64,000 nucleotides of DNA. Source: Planctomycetota bacterium. Its GTDB lineage: Bacteria; Planctomycetota; UBA8108; SXIK01. The position numbers were made by a program, and so were the translations under genes. Where the stretch lies: contig CBDCXR010000004.1 of NCBI GenBank assembly GCA_965223845.1, positions 4,768,001 through 4,832,000 on the forward strand, in the 5' to 3' direction. Below the pieces are notes generated by a model that ran no database searches, was not told the DNA's origin, and was given only the letters and a program-made list of their open reading frames with translations. Below are positions 26,094-35,257 of this stretch, in pieces (within the stretch, counting starts at the first letter, position 1; each line of letters begins with the position of its first letter).

Positions 26094-28040
26094 TCACAAG
26101 GATCGCAAGAACGCGATCAAGTCGTCGAGCTCGCCATCCGTGAGCTCGTGCGCCTTTCCGTGCCGCTCTTCGCGGTTGTGCTCGCGAAACACGCTGCGAA
26201 GAGACGACGCCCGGCCGTCGTGAAGGTAGCGGTGGCGGTCGCGCACGCCGAGGAGTGACGGTGGATTGAAGCGGCGGCGTCCCGTGTCGAGATCGACGAC
26301 GCCGACGTCCTCGAGCGACGATGAAGTGTACTGACCCGGCGCGTGGCAGCTCGCGCACCCGCTCCGCTCGAAGAGACGCCGACCTCGTTCGACATCTCCT
26401 CCGAGATTCTCTTCGGGAACTCGCGCGAGAGGGCGCTCGAGCATCGAAAGGAATCGGACGACCTGCGCAACGTCCTCCGCCGGCGCGGGATCGTCGACCG
26501 CCATCGTCTGGTGGAGCGAGGCGGCGACCTGCTCGCCGAGCCGCTCGAAAGATCCGTTCCACGCCCACGGCCCCGTCGCCACGACCCCGGCGCGCAGATC
26601 GGGCGCCCGCTTCGCAAAGCCATCTCCGTCGGCGCTCGTATCGAAGCTGTGCCCGCGGCTCCCGCCGTCCGGATGGCAACTGTGACAGCTGTACCAGCCG
26701 CCGCGACTCCGGCGTGAGCTGTAGAAAATCGACGCTCCGACCCGCTCGGCGCGAGCGACGTCGGTCAACTCGGCGAGTCGAAATCGCCGCTTGGTGGACA
26801 TCGACTTTAGGTCGATCTCGCGCACCTCATCGTCGAGCCAGCACGCGACGTACGCCGTCCGGCCGTCGTTCGTGAGCGCGAATGCGACCGGACGCCGGCC
26901 GGGACGCGTCTCGCGGAGTGGTGCATCGCGATCGAGGGGCGACGCGTAGGCGTCGAAGGCCCGCGGCTCGACGTCGACGAGGAGAACTCGATCGGTTCCC
27001 GCCGACGCGACGAGCGCGCGCGTCTTCGCCGACCGGTCCGGCGGAAGGAGAACGAGATCCGCGGGATCGCCCGCCGCGCGATGGCGGAAGTCGAGCGAGG
27101 TCACTTCTTCGACGTCCGGCGGTCCCGCCGGATCGATCACGGTGATTCGATTGATGATGATGAGCCCCCAGACGATCGTTTGCGGCGAGATCGCCATGTC
27201 CGTCGAGCGCACCTGGTGCGCGAGGAAGACCTTCCCCTTCGCCGTCGCAAGGCCGTCGAGATTGAACGCGCGGCCGTCTGCCGGAATTCGGGTCCAGAGC
27301 TCCTCGCCGCCCGCGAGGTCGTAGCCCGCGATGCGATCGCGACCGGCGACGACGAGCGCGTCGCCGGTGCCGCCGCGTCCTTCGAGAACGGCGAGTCGTC
27401 GCGGACCGTCGATGGTCGAGACGACGCCGTCGATTCGGACGGACCGTTGGCTCGGCGGCGACGCCCCGGGCGATCCGATATCGAGGACCCAAACGCCCGC
27501 ACCGGTTTCGCACGCAACGAAGAGCCGCTCTCTCTCGTCCGAGTAGAGGAGATCGACGGGAAGCCGCCCGACGCGAGCTCGATCCCGCAGAACGAGCCGC
27601 AAGTTTCCGGTATCTCCGGAGACGACATCGACGAGCACGACCTCGTGCGTAAAGGTGCAGGCGATCGCGAGCGTGTCGATTCCGTGAGGTCCGCCGACGC
27701 CCGAGATCGCCTGCGGTCGCGTGCGCCCACCGAGCGAGATCTCCGCGTCGACCTCGCCGGTCTCGAGTCGAACGGCGCTCAGCGTGCCGCTCTGCTCGTT
27801 CAAGACGAAGAGGAGACCCGCGGCTTCATCGAGCCAGAGCGCCCGGGGATGGCGCGCCGCAGTGGGAGCCACCGCGGAATCGTCCGCGCGTCCGCGCAGC
27901 GCCTCGGCCTCGGCCTCGGCGGCCGGAGTCGGCTCGGCGCACAGGAGGCCCGCGAACACGCACGCAAGCAGCGCCGTTCCGCACGTCCACATGCGCAAAG
28001 CCATCGCTCGGCGCGTCCGGCCGTAGAACCATCGAGGCAT
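26094..28040 (-). CDS. YVTN-like beta-propeller fused to a di-heme cytochrome c (CcP/MauG-like) domain
   Basis: CHSCH and CASCH; GPWAWNG; PSLLGV..RYLHDGR; N-terminal propeller repeats. Start uncertain (ORF extends to 28145). Confidence 0.8.
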   Translation of the reverse strand: MPRWFYGRTRRAMALRMWTCGTALLACVFAGLLCAEPTPAAEAEAEALRGRADDSAVAPTAARHPRALWLDEAAGLLFVLNEQSGTLSAVRLETGEVDAEISLGGRTRPQAISGVGGPHGIDTLAIACTFTHEVVLVDVVSGDTGNLRLVLRDRARVGRLPVDLLYSDERERLFVACETGAGVWVLDIGSPGASPPSQRSVRIDGVVSTIDGPRRLAVLEGRGGTGDALVVAGRDRIAGYDLAGGEELWTRIPADGRAFNLDGLATAKGKVFLAHQVRSTDMAISPQTIVWGLIIINRITVIDPAGPPDVEEVTSLDFRHRAAGDPADLVLLPPDRSAKTRALVASAGTDRVLLVDVEPRAFDAYASPLDRDAPLRETRPGRRPVAFALTNDGRTAYVACWLDDEVREIDLKSMSTKRRFRLAELTDVARAERVGASIFYSSRRSRGGWYSCHSCHPDGGSRGHSFDTSADGDGFAKRAPDLRAGVVATGPWAWNGSFERLGEQVAASLHQTMAVDDPAPAEDVAQVVRFLSMLERPLARVPEENLGGDVERGRRLFERSGCASCHAPGQYTSSSLEDVGVVDLDTGRRRFNPPSLLGVRDRHRYLHDGRASSLRSVFREHNREERHGKAHELTDGELDDLIAFLRSL

Positions 28041-28426
28041 CGGTGGGTCGATCTCCGAAGAGAGGTCTTCCGCCGGCGCGGCGCCGACGATCGATGCCAT
28101 CGTAGCGGACTTTTCCGCTGAGGAGAATGCGGCGCGTTCGACCACGCTCCTAGATCCTCCGCGGCGAGCCGAGAGCCCCGGTCGATCGAACCCCGGCGGA
28201 CGAGGAATCGACAGGTGTGACGCGAGAACGTCCGATACACTGAGCGCAGGGCGGTATCGGCGGCCGGCGCGTTCTCAGGCGGGTTGGTTGTCGAGATTCT
28301 TCGCCCCTGGAGTCTTTCCGGGGACGTCGACACTCCCACACTTCGAGAGAACGTCGAGTGTTCGGCCGGTCGCACGCTGAGGCACGGCCAAGTTCAAGCT
28401 TATGATTCGTTCCGGAAAGGAAGCGC

Positions 28427-29920
28427 ATGAAGCGTGAGTTCATCCTGTGCGCAGGCACCCTCGTCTTGCTCGTGATCGCATCGCCGGGCCACTCGAACGC
28501 CACCGTCGAGCCCCCCGCAGAGACCACTCCCGCGTCGGCGTCCGAAAACGCGAAATCCGCCCGCGCGGAAGCTGGGCCCTTCCGCATCGACGTCGAGTTG
28601 AGCGGCGTGTTCGAAGCCGAGGTGCAACATGAAGTCGCCGTCACGACCGAGGAGTGGGCAACACTGAAGGTCGTCGAAGCGGTGTCCCACGGGCGGCGCG
28701 TCCGCGAAGGCGAAGTCCTGATCCGATTCGAGACGGACAAGCTCGATGAGGCGATCGAGGCGCTCGCAGATTCCGTCGAGACGATGCGCATCGATGTCGA
28801 GCTCGCCGAGATCGCCGCCCGCGCGGCGGCCGCGGCTCTCGAGACCGGCGAAAAAGGAGCCCAGGAAGCGCAGGAGCACGCCGCCGAGGACCTCAAGTAC
28901 TTCCGCCGGGTGGGACGCCCTCTCGCCGAGAAGAGCGCCGAATTTTCGCTCCGGAGCTCGCAGAACTTTCTCGACTACGCGAAGGAAGAGCTCGAGCAAC
29001 TCGAGAGAATGTACAAAGAGGACGAGATCACGGAGGAGACCGAAGAGATCATTCTTCGCCGTCAACGAGACGCGGTCGAGCGCGCGCTCTTCAGCCTCGA
29101 ACGATCCCGGATCGATCGCGATTACGAGCTCAAAGTGTCCACACCTCGGCGCGAACGCGCGCTCGAGCGGAGCGCCGACGATCTCGCTCGCACGTGGCAG
29201 AAAACGAAACGTTCGCTCCCGCTCGAGCTCGACAAGGCGAAGCTCACGCTGCGTCGGACGCAGCTCGATCTCAAGAAAACGGAGAAGAAGCTCGCGCGGC
29301 TCCGCGAGGATCGCGAGCGCCTCGTCGTTCGCTCCCCGGCCGCCGGAATCGTCTACTACGGACGCGCGGTCCGCGGCGTTTGGTCGGGATCGACCCCGAT
29401 CGCGGCGAAGTTGCGGAAGGGTGGCTCGGTTCTAAAGGGCGAGACGCTGCTGACCGTGGTCGAGCCGGCGGCGCTGCGTATCCGATCGTCCGTCCCGGAG
29501 AAGGATCTCGCCCACGTGCGAAAGGGCCTCAAGGGCCGAGCCGTTCCCGCGAGCGATCCTCTACGCGCGCTCCCCGTACGCGTAGACTCCGTCTCCGCGA
29601 TCCCGATCGGTGCCGGCACGTTCGACGCGACGATCGAGATTCTGGATGCGGAACGGCGGAAGGCGCGCGCGAACGTCGTCGCGGGAATGCGCTGCCAACT
29701 CGCGTTCACCGGCTACTGGCAACCGAGCGCCGTGACGATTCCGGCGGCGGCGGTTCAGAGCGATCCCGCCACGGGCGATGCTTATGTCTACAAGAAAGGC
29801 GCGGAGGGTGGCGCGGAGAAGACGTCGATCGAACGCGGCTACACCTCGGGCGATCGCGTCGAGATTCGGCGGGGGCTCAAGGCCGGCGACGAAGTCCTTC
29901 TCGAGGCCCCGAAGGAATGA
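28427..29920 (+). CDS. HlyD/RND-type periplasmic adaptor-like protein with long coiled coil
   Basis: Lipoyl halves (HGRRVREGEVL; VRSPAAGIV), beta-barrel, GLKAGDEVLL C-terminus. Confidence 0.8.
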   Translation: MKREFILCAGTLVLLVIASPGHSNATVEPPAETTPASASENAKSARAEAGPFRIDVELSGVFEAEVQHEVAVTTEEWATLKVVEAVSHGRRVREGEVLIRFETDKLDEAIEALADSVETMRIDVELAEIAARAAAAALETGEKGAQEAQEHAAEDLKYFRRVGRPLAEKSAEFSLRSSQNFLDYAKEELEQLERMYKEDEITEETEEIILRRQRDAVERALFSLERSRIDRDYELKVSTPRRERALERSADDLARTWQKTKRSLPLELDKAKLTLRRTQLDLKKTEKKLARLREDRERLVVRSPAAGIVYYGRAVRGVWSGSTPIAAKLRKGGSVLKGETLLTVVEPAALRIRSSVPEKDLAHVRKGLKGRAVPASDPLRALPVRVDSVSAIPIGAGTFDATIEILDAERRKARANVVAGMRCQLAFTGYWQPSAVTIPAAAVQSDPATGDAYVYKKGAEGGAEKTSIERGYTSGDRVEIRRGLKAGDEVLLEAPKE

Positions 29921-31146
29921 TCCGGACGCAGACCCGATCGAAGCGATCGGCGCCGGCCGAGTTCTCGCTCGCGGTTCGCCGGGTGAGCGTCGGACTCGCC
30001 ATGTTCATCGGAGCCCAGGCAGCGCTCGCGGGAGACCTCGATCTCGCCTCTCCGAAGCCTCGCCCCGTCGACGCGCCGAGCGGCGACGAGATCCGCGCGG
30101 CCATCGAGCTCGGACGATCGTTTCTCTTGGAACGCCAGAACCCGGACGGCTCCTGGGGATCGGCCCGGCGGACGAAGGGTCTCAACATCTACGCGCCCGC
30201 TCCGGGTGCGCACCAAGCATTCCGGGCGGCGGTTACATCGCTCGCCGTCTCGGCGCTCGTCGAAACCGGCGCTGACGACCCTCGAGTCCGAAGCGCCCTC
30301 GAGCGCGCCGAACGCTATCTGCTCACGAAGCTGCCGCGCGTTCGCCGCGCTACGCCCGATGCGATCTACAACGTCTGGACGCACGCGTATTCGCTCTCCG
30401 CAATCGCGAAGCTCTTCGCTCTCCGCGACGGCGACAGCTCGCGGCAGGAAAAGCTCCGCGAGCTCGCCGAATCCCAAGTCGAGCTGCTCGAGCGCTACGA
30501 GAGCGTCGACGGCGGCTGGGGGTACTACGATTTTCGCGTCGGTACGCGGAAGCCGTCGTCGAGCTCGATCGGGTTTACCTCGGCGACCGTCCTCGTCGCG
30601 TTCAAGGAAATCGGGACGGCGGCGAAGGTCGAAGCGCCGGCGCGACTCGTTCAGCGGGCGGTCGACTCGATCCTCCGCCAGAGAAAATCGGACTTCAGCT
30701 ACGTCTACGGCGAGTACCTGAAACTGCGTCCGATGCGGGGAATCAACCGCCGGGCCGGGAGCCTCGGGCGATCGCAGGCCTGCAACTTCGCGCTTCGTCT
30801 CTGGGGCGACGAAACCGTGACCGACGCCGTCATCGAAGAGTGGCTCGATCGACTGTTCGCGCGCAACCTCTGGCTCGATATCGGGCGCAAGCGACCGATC
30901 CCCCACGAATCGTGGTTCCAGGTTGCGGGATACTTCTATTACTACGGTCACTACTACGCGGCGCTCGGGCTCGAGCTCCTGCCGGCCGATCGCCGCGCGC
31001 GGCACCAGACGCAGCTCGCGCGGATCCTCATCGACCGCCAGGAGAAGGACGGCTCGTGGTGGGATTTTCCCTTCTACGACTACCACCAGCCGTACGGCAC
31101 TGCGTTCGCTCTCATGTCGCTCGAGCGCTGCCGCGCTGATCGCTGA
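29917..31146 (+). CDS. Prenyltransferase/squalene-oxidase-repeat (alpha/alpha barrel) protein
   Basis: QNPDGSWG, DGGWGY, QEKDGSW QW-like repeats; ATGA overlap with the upstream gene. Confidence 0.8.
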   Translation: MIRTQTRSKRSAPAEFSLAVRRVSVGLAMFIGAQAALAGDLDLASPKPRPVDAPSGDEIRAAIELGRSFLLERQNPDGSWGSARRTKGLNIYAPAPGAHQAFRAAVTSLAVSALVETGADDPRVRSALERAERYLLTKLPRVRRATPDAIYNVWTHAYSLSAIAKLFALRDGDSSRQEKLRELAESQVELLERYESVDGGWGYYDFRVGTRKPSSSSIGFTSATVLVAFKEIGTAAKVEAPARLVQRAVDSILRQRKSDFSYVYGEYLKLRPMRGINRRAGSLGRSQACNFALRLWGDETVTDAVIEEWLDRLFARNLWLDIGRKRPIPHESWFQVAGYFYYYGHYYAALGLELLPADRRARHQTQLARILIDRQEKDGSWWDFPFYDYHQPYGTAFALMSLERCRADR

Positions 31147-31232
31147 AGCGAACGGCGTGGCTCACGCGCGTCCGTTCGAGTAAGCTTCGCCTGAGTGGCG
31201 GCATTTCCTTTCGACGCGAGCGCGTTTTTCGC

Positions 31233-32246
31233 ATGACCGATTCTCCATCCGGCGACCGATCCTCGTCGCGCCCTCAGCTCGTCCGACGACCGCGGCGGAA
31301 TCGATCCTCACGGGCGATCCGCGCCCTCGTCCGCGAGACGGAGCTTTCTCCTTCGGACTTCGTCTTGCCGCTCTTCGTGATCGACGGGCAGAAGCGCGTG
31401 GAGCCGGTCGCTTCCATGCCGGGTGTGTCTCGCCTCTCGACGGACGGAATCGTCGCCGTCGCGCGCGAAGCGCAGTCCCTCGGGATTCCGGCGGTCGCCC
31501 TGTTTCCGGCGCTCCCCGATTTTTTGAAGGACAAGCACGCGACGGAGTCGACGAACACCGACGGTCTCCTCCAACGAACGGTCCGTGCACTCAAGGACGC
31601 AGTTCCCGAGATTCTCGTCGTCACCGACGTCGCGATGGATCCCTATTCGAGCGACGGACACGATGGCCTCGTCGAGGACGGTGAAATCCTCAATGACGAA
31701 ACGCTCGAAATCCTCGCGGCGATGGCGGTCTCCCAGGCCGACGCCGGCGCCGACTTGGTGGCGCCGTCCGACATGATGGACGGACGTGTGGGGTATCTGC
31801 GCGACGCGCTCGACGCGGCTGGTCACGAGCGGACGGGCATCCTAGCCTACTCCGCGAAGTACGCCTCGGGGTTCTACGGACCGTTTCGCGATGCGCTCGA
31901 TTCCGCGCCGAAGGAAGGCGACAAGAAAACGTATCAAATGGATCCCGCGAACCGCCGCGAAGCGCTCCTCGAAGTCGCTCTCGACATCGAGGAAGGAGCG
32001 GATCTCGTGATGGTGAAGCCCGCGATGCCCTACCTCGACGTGATCGCCGAGGTGAGCTCGTCGAGCGAAGTACCGGTCGCCGCGTATCAGGTGAGCGGTG
32101 AGTACGCGATGCTGAAAGCCGCCGCGCAGAACGGCTGGCTCGACGAGTCGACCGTCGTCGACGAGTCACTCCTCGCGATCAAACGCGCGGGGGCGGACGT
32201 GATCCTCACGTATTTCGCGCTCGAAGCAGCGAAGCGACTCGGCTGA
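31233..32246 (+). CDS. hemB: Porphobilinogen synthase
   Basis: APSDMMDGR, SAKYAS.FYGPFRDA, YQMDPAN, MVKP, AYQVSGEY. DVAMDPYSSDGHD indicates the Asp-rich (non-Zn) type. Confidence 0.97.
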   Translation: MTDSPSGDRSSSRPQLVRRPRRNRSSRAIRALVRETELSPSDFVLPLFVIDGQKRVEPVASMPGVSRLSTDGIVAVAREAQSLGIPAVALFPALPDFLKDKHATESTNTDGLLQRTVRALKDAVPEILVVTDVAMDPYSSDGHDGLVEDGEILNDETLEILAAMAVSQADAGADLVAPSDMMDGRVGYLRDALDAAGHERTGILAYSAKYASGFYGPFRDALDSAPKEGDKKTYQMDPANRREALLEVALDIEEGADLVMVKPAMPYLDVIAEVSSSSEVPVAAYQVSGEYAMLKAAAQNGWLDESTVVDESLLAIKRAGADVILTYFALEAAKRLG

Positions 32247-32448
32247 GGCTCGAGCGCCGACCGCGACTCGCGAATCCGCCGATCCGAGAGCTGGGATCAC
32301 GGTGCACGCGAAGCAAAAGCTCGGCAAACGGCGTGCCCAGCGCGCGGCGGATTCTCGCCGGCGCGGGTGGTCGCCGAGACGAGCGCGTGGAAGACTTCGA
32401 ACGGAACTCTTACGGTCCGCCGTTCGTCTGCCGCCGGAGACTCAGGTC

Positions 32449-33201
32449 ATGCTCAGGTCGTCACCCGCCCTCATTCTCACCGGAATCGTGTTTCTCGCCG
32501 CCGACCTTCGCGCCGACGACGTTCGCGCCAGCGTCGAGGTAGGAGTCAGCTCCGGACACAGCGAATTCCATCTCGCCCTCGCGAAGCACTATGAGGTCGA
32601 TCGCGCCGTCGTCGTTCGAGTTCGCGAGCGGGGGATTCCCGACGACCACGTACCGGTCGCGCTATTTATCGCGAAGCGCGCGCGCGTCCAGCCGAGTGCC
32701 GTCGTCGCCCTTCGGCTCGAGGGTCGTTCGTGGTTCGAAATCTCGACGCACTTCGGTCTCTCCGCGAGTCTGTTTCACGTCCACGTCGAGCGGGACTACG
32801 GTCCCCCCTACGGAAACGCGTTCGGACACTTTCGCAACCGGAAGCGCAGCGAGTGGCGGACCATCCGCCTCAGCGACAGTGATCTGGTGAGCCTCGTCAA
32901 CGTGAGGTTCCTCTCGATTCGCTACGGCCGCACGCCGGACGAAGTCGTTCAGCTACACGCCGAGAAGGGAGGCATCGTCTCGCTCCACGGGCGCGTCAAG
33001 GCGAGGAAGAAGCTCGTCCGGGACGGAGGTGGCGTAGTCCACGCGAAGACGAACAAGACGCGCGCCAAGGCGAAGACGAGGACCGAGAAGAGAGTGGACG
33101 CGAAGCGCACGGCGCGCGAACGGACGTCTCGTTCGAAGTCGTTCGAAGGGGCCAAGCGCAAGTCCGCCAAGAGCGGCGGCCGGGGACGAGGAAAGAAATA
33201 G
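32449..33201 (+). CDS. Hypothetical secreted protein with basic tail
   Basis: Signal peptide; GPPYGNAFGH motif; Lys/Arg-rich C-terminus. Confidence 0.7.
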   Translation: MLRSSPALILTGIVFLAADLRADDVRASVEVGVSSGHSEFHLALAKHYEVDRAVVVRVRERGIPDDHVPVALFIAKRARVQPSAVVALRLEGRSWFEISTHFGLSASLFHVHVERDYGPPYGNAFGHFRNRKRSEWRTIRLSDSDLVSLVNVRFLSIRYGRTPDEVVQLHAEKGGIVSLHGRVKARKKLVRDGGGVVHAKTNKTRAKAKTRTEKRVDAKRTARERTSRSKSFEGAKRKSAKSGGRGRGKK

Positions 33202-33233
33202 AACGAGGACTCGGCCGGCCGCGCGCTCGTCCG

Positions 33234-34796
33234 CTAGCGGATGCGGATGACGAGATCTCCCGTCGCTCCGCCGTCCGTAGACGGGGCGCCGCCATCGTCG
33301 CCTCCATCTTCACCGACGCTGTAGATCGCGAGAACGTCGCTCTCCGCGACGACCCTGATCGGGGCGCCGTCGTGCGGATCGATCGGCGCGTCGGGAAAAC
33401 GGCCCGGAACGAGATCGGCAAGACTCGCAGGAAGACGTCCGTTCTTCGCACGAAACCGAAGCGCGGCCCAAGCGACCCGCTCGACGGCGCGCCACGCGTC
33501 TGCGCGAGCGGCCATCGCGGTCACGACCGGGAGCGCCTGAAGACATCCGCGTCCGAGCACTCCGCGGTCGGCGAGCTCGGCGGCGAGTGCCGTCTCGTCG
33601 AGCGGTTCGAGCTCGTAGTACGGACGCGCAAGACGCGTTCGTAGTCGCGCCATTCCCGTGCGCAGGGCGTCGAGCTCGAAGGGAACGAGAAAGAGCCGCG
33701 ACCCCAGTTTTTGCATCGGCTCGAGTGCGAGAAAACCTTCCGTGAGGAGAGCTTCCTCCATGCGAAGGCAGTCGGGGATCCGGTTGAGGAACGTGTCCGG
33801 CGGCGCGACTCGAGTCGGAGGAATCTCCGCGTACGGATCGAGTCGCGCGAGATCATCGATGACGACCGAGACGAGCTGAGCGCGTTCCTCGACCATTCCG
33901 CCGGCGGCGAGGAGCGCGATCACGAGCGGTTCGGCGAGAACGTGTGCGATGAGGCGCTCCATCTGTGCGAGCGTGCGAAGCGCATCCGGCGCTCGGTTCG
34001 CCGCGACGTCGGCGCGGACCTGAAGCGCCAGCAGAGTCGCGGCCTCGCGCATCCAGTAGAGCTCCTCGTAGTGCTGCGCATGGACGAGCGTTCGGTAGTC
34101 GAGACCGAACCGACACTCCGGCAGCTCGGCACCGCGGCGAATCGCGGCGAGCGCCTCGGTCGAAGCGGCGAGAAACTCCGGCACCCGCGGGTCGGAAGCG
34201 TCGAACTCCGCGTCGCGGACGCGCGCGATCCACTTCGGAACCGGACCCGCCGCCGCTAGCAGAGCGAACGCGCGACGGTAGTGCGGTGCAGCGTCGCGGT
34301 TCTCTTCGGCTTTCGGCGCGAGCACGGACACGACGCTCGCGACACCGGCGAGCGCTTCGGAGTTGCGCCGCTTCGTTTCGGCATCGAGCGAGCTCAGCGC
34401 GGCGAACTGGAGACCGCAGAAGAGGAACGCGAGGACGAACAGCATCACCGTTCGCCACCGCCGACTCCGCGGGGGCTGCGGGCCGCAGGCATCGAGATCC
34501 GCGGGGCGCTCGCGCTGAAGGCCGCACGCCATGAGCGCCGTCACCGAGACGAGAAATGCGGTGAGCCAAGAGAGCGAGAAGTAGAGGAGCTGGTCGTGAC
34601 CGCTCTCCGCGTGATAGTGCACACCCGCGGCGACCCCCACCCCACCGAGCGCGCCGATGAGAGTCGCGACGATCACGGGACCGGTGATTTGGTGCGAGCG
34701 CTTCTCGAGCTTTCCGGCATGAGCGAGCGAGGCCGCGGCGAGAAAGAGCGCGCCCGCGAGTGCCGCGAGCCAAAGCGTCGCGTAGTGAATCGTCAT
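33234..34796 (-). CDS. Hypothetical membrane protein
   Basis: Four N-terminal TM segments; C-terminal LPASLADLVP...PIDP...YSVGEDGGDDGG (pseudopilin-like tail seen in planctomycete proteins). Confidence 0.7.
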   Translation of the reverse strand: MTIHYATLWLAALAGALFLAAASLAHAGKLEKRSHQITGPVIVATLIGALGGVGVAAGVHYHAESGHDQLLYFSLSWLTAFLVSVTALMACGLQRERPADLDACGPQPPRSRRWRTVMLFVLAFLFCGLQFAALSSLDAETKRRNSEALAGVASVVSVLAPKAEENRDAAPHYRRAFALLAAAGPVPKWIARVRDAEFDASDPRVPEFLAASTEALAAIRRGAELPECRFGLDYRTLVHAQHYEELYWMREAATLLALQVRADVAANRAPDALRTLAQMERLIAHVLAEPLVIALLAAGGMVEERAQLVSVVIDDLARLDPYAEIPPTRVAPPDTFLNRIPDCLRMEEALLTEGFLALEPMQKLGSRLFLVPFELDALRTGMARLRTRLARPYYELEPLDETALAAELADRGVLGRGCLQALPVVTAMAARADAWRAVERVAWAALRFRAKNGRLPASLADLVPGRFPDAPIDPHDGAPIRVVAESDVLAIYSVGEDGGDDGGAPSTDGGATGDLVIRIR

Positions 34797-35257
34797 CGTC
34801 CCGTCTCCGAGTGAGAGCGGCTCCTCAGCTCTCGGCCGCGAGGACGCGTGATCCGAGCGCACGAGAGAATCTCTCTCCCTTCTTCGGCCACGAAGGGTCC
34901 GAGAATCCACCTCGCGGCTAGAGATTGATCACGATGCAGCGAGGACGTACGCACGGGGGTCGCGGAGGACGGACCCGCGGTCCGGTCGTCGAGACGAAGT
35001 CGATCACGCTGCCCGCCTCACCGCTGAGACCGGCCGAAACTCGAGCTCGGCCCGCGGGTACCCTCCCGAGGGCGCGATTCTCGATTGTTCGGCTCCGCAC
35101 CGCGGAGATAGACTGGCCGATAACGAATTGTGAGTTGGGTCCAGCCGACCTGCGCCGCGCACGGGTCGCCAGCGGCACGGTTGCGCTGCTTTCATCGAAC
35201 GGGTTCAGCCTCGGTATCGGAGCCTGTTCCGGTCAATTCGATTGAGAGGGTGCTCGC

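Noticed and set aside
29194-29916. N-terminal extension of the prenyltransferase-repeat ORF
   Set aside because: Overlaps the HlyD-like gene in another frame; the ATGA coupling at 29917 is the better start.
35100-35257. sigma54 promoter for the 35258 dockerin gene (GGCACGGTTGC)
   Set aside because: GG-to-GC spacing is 7, not 10. None was found for the 44785 gene either, so the regulon does not demonstrably cover all seven genes.
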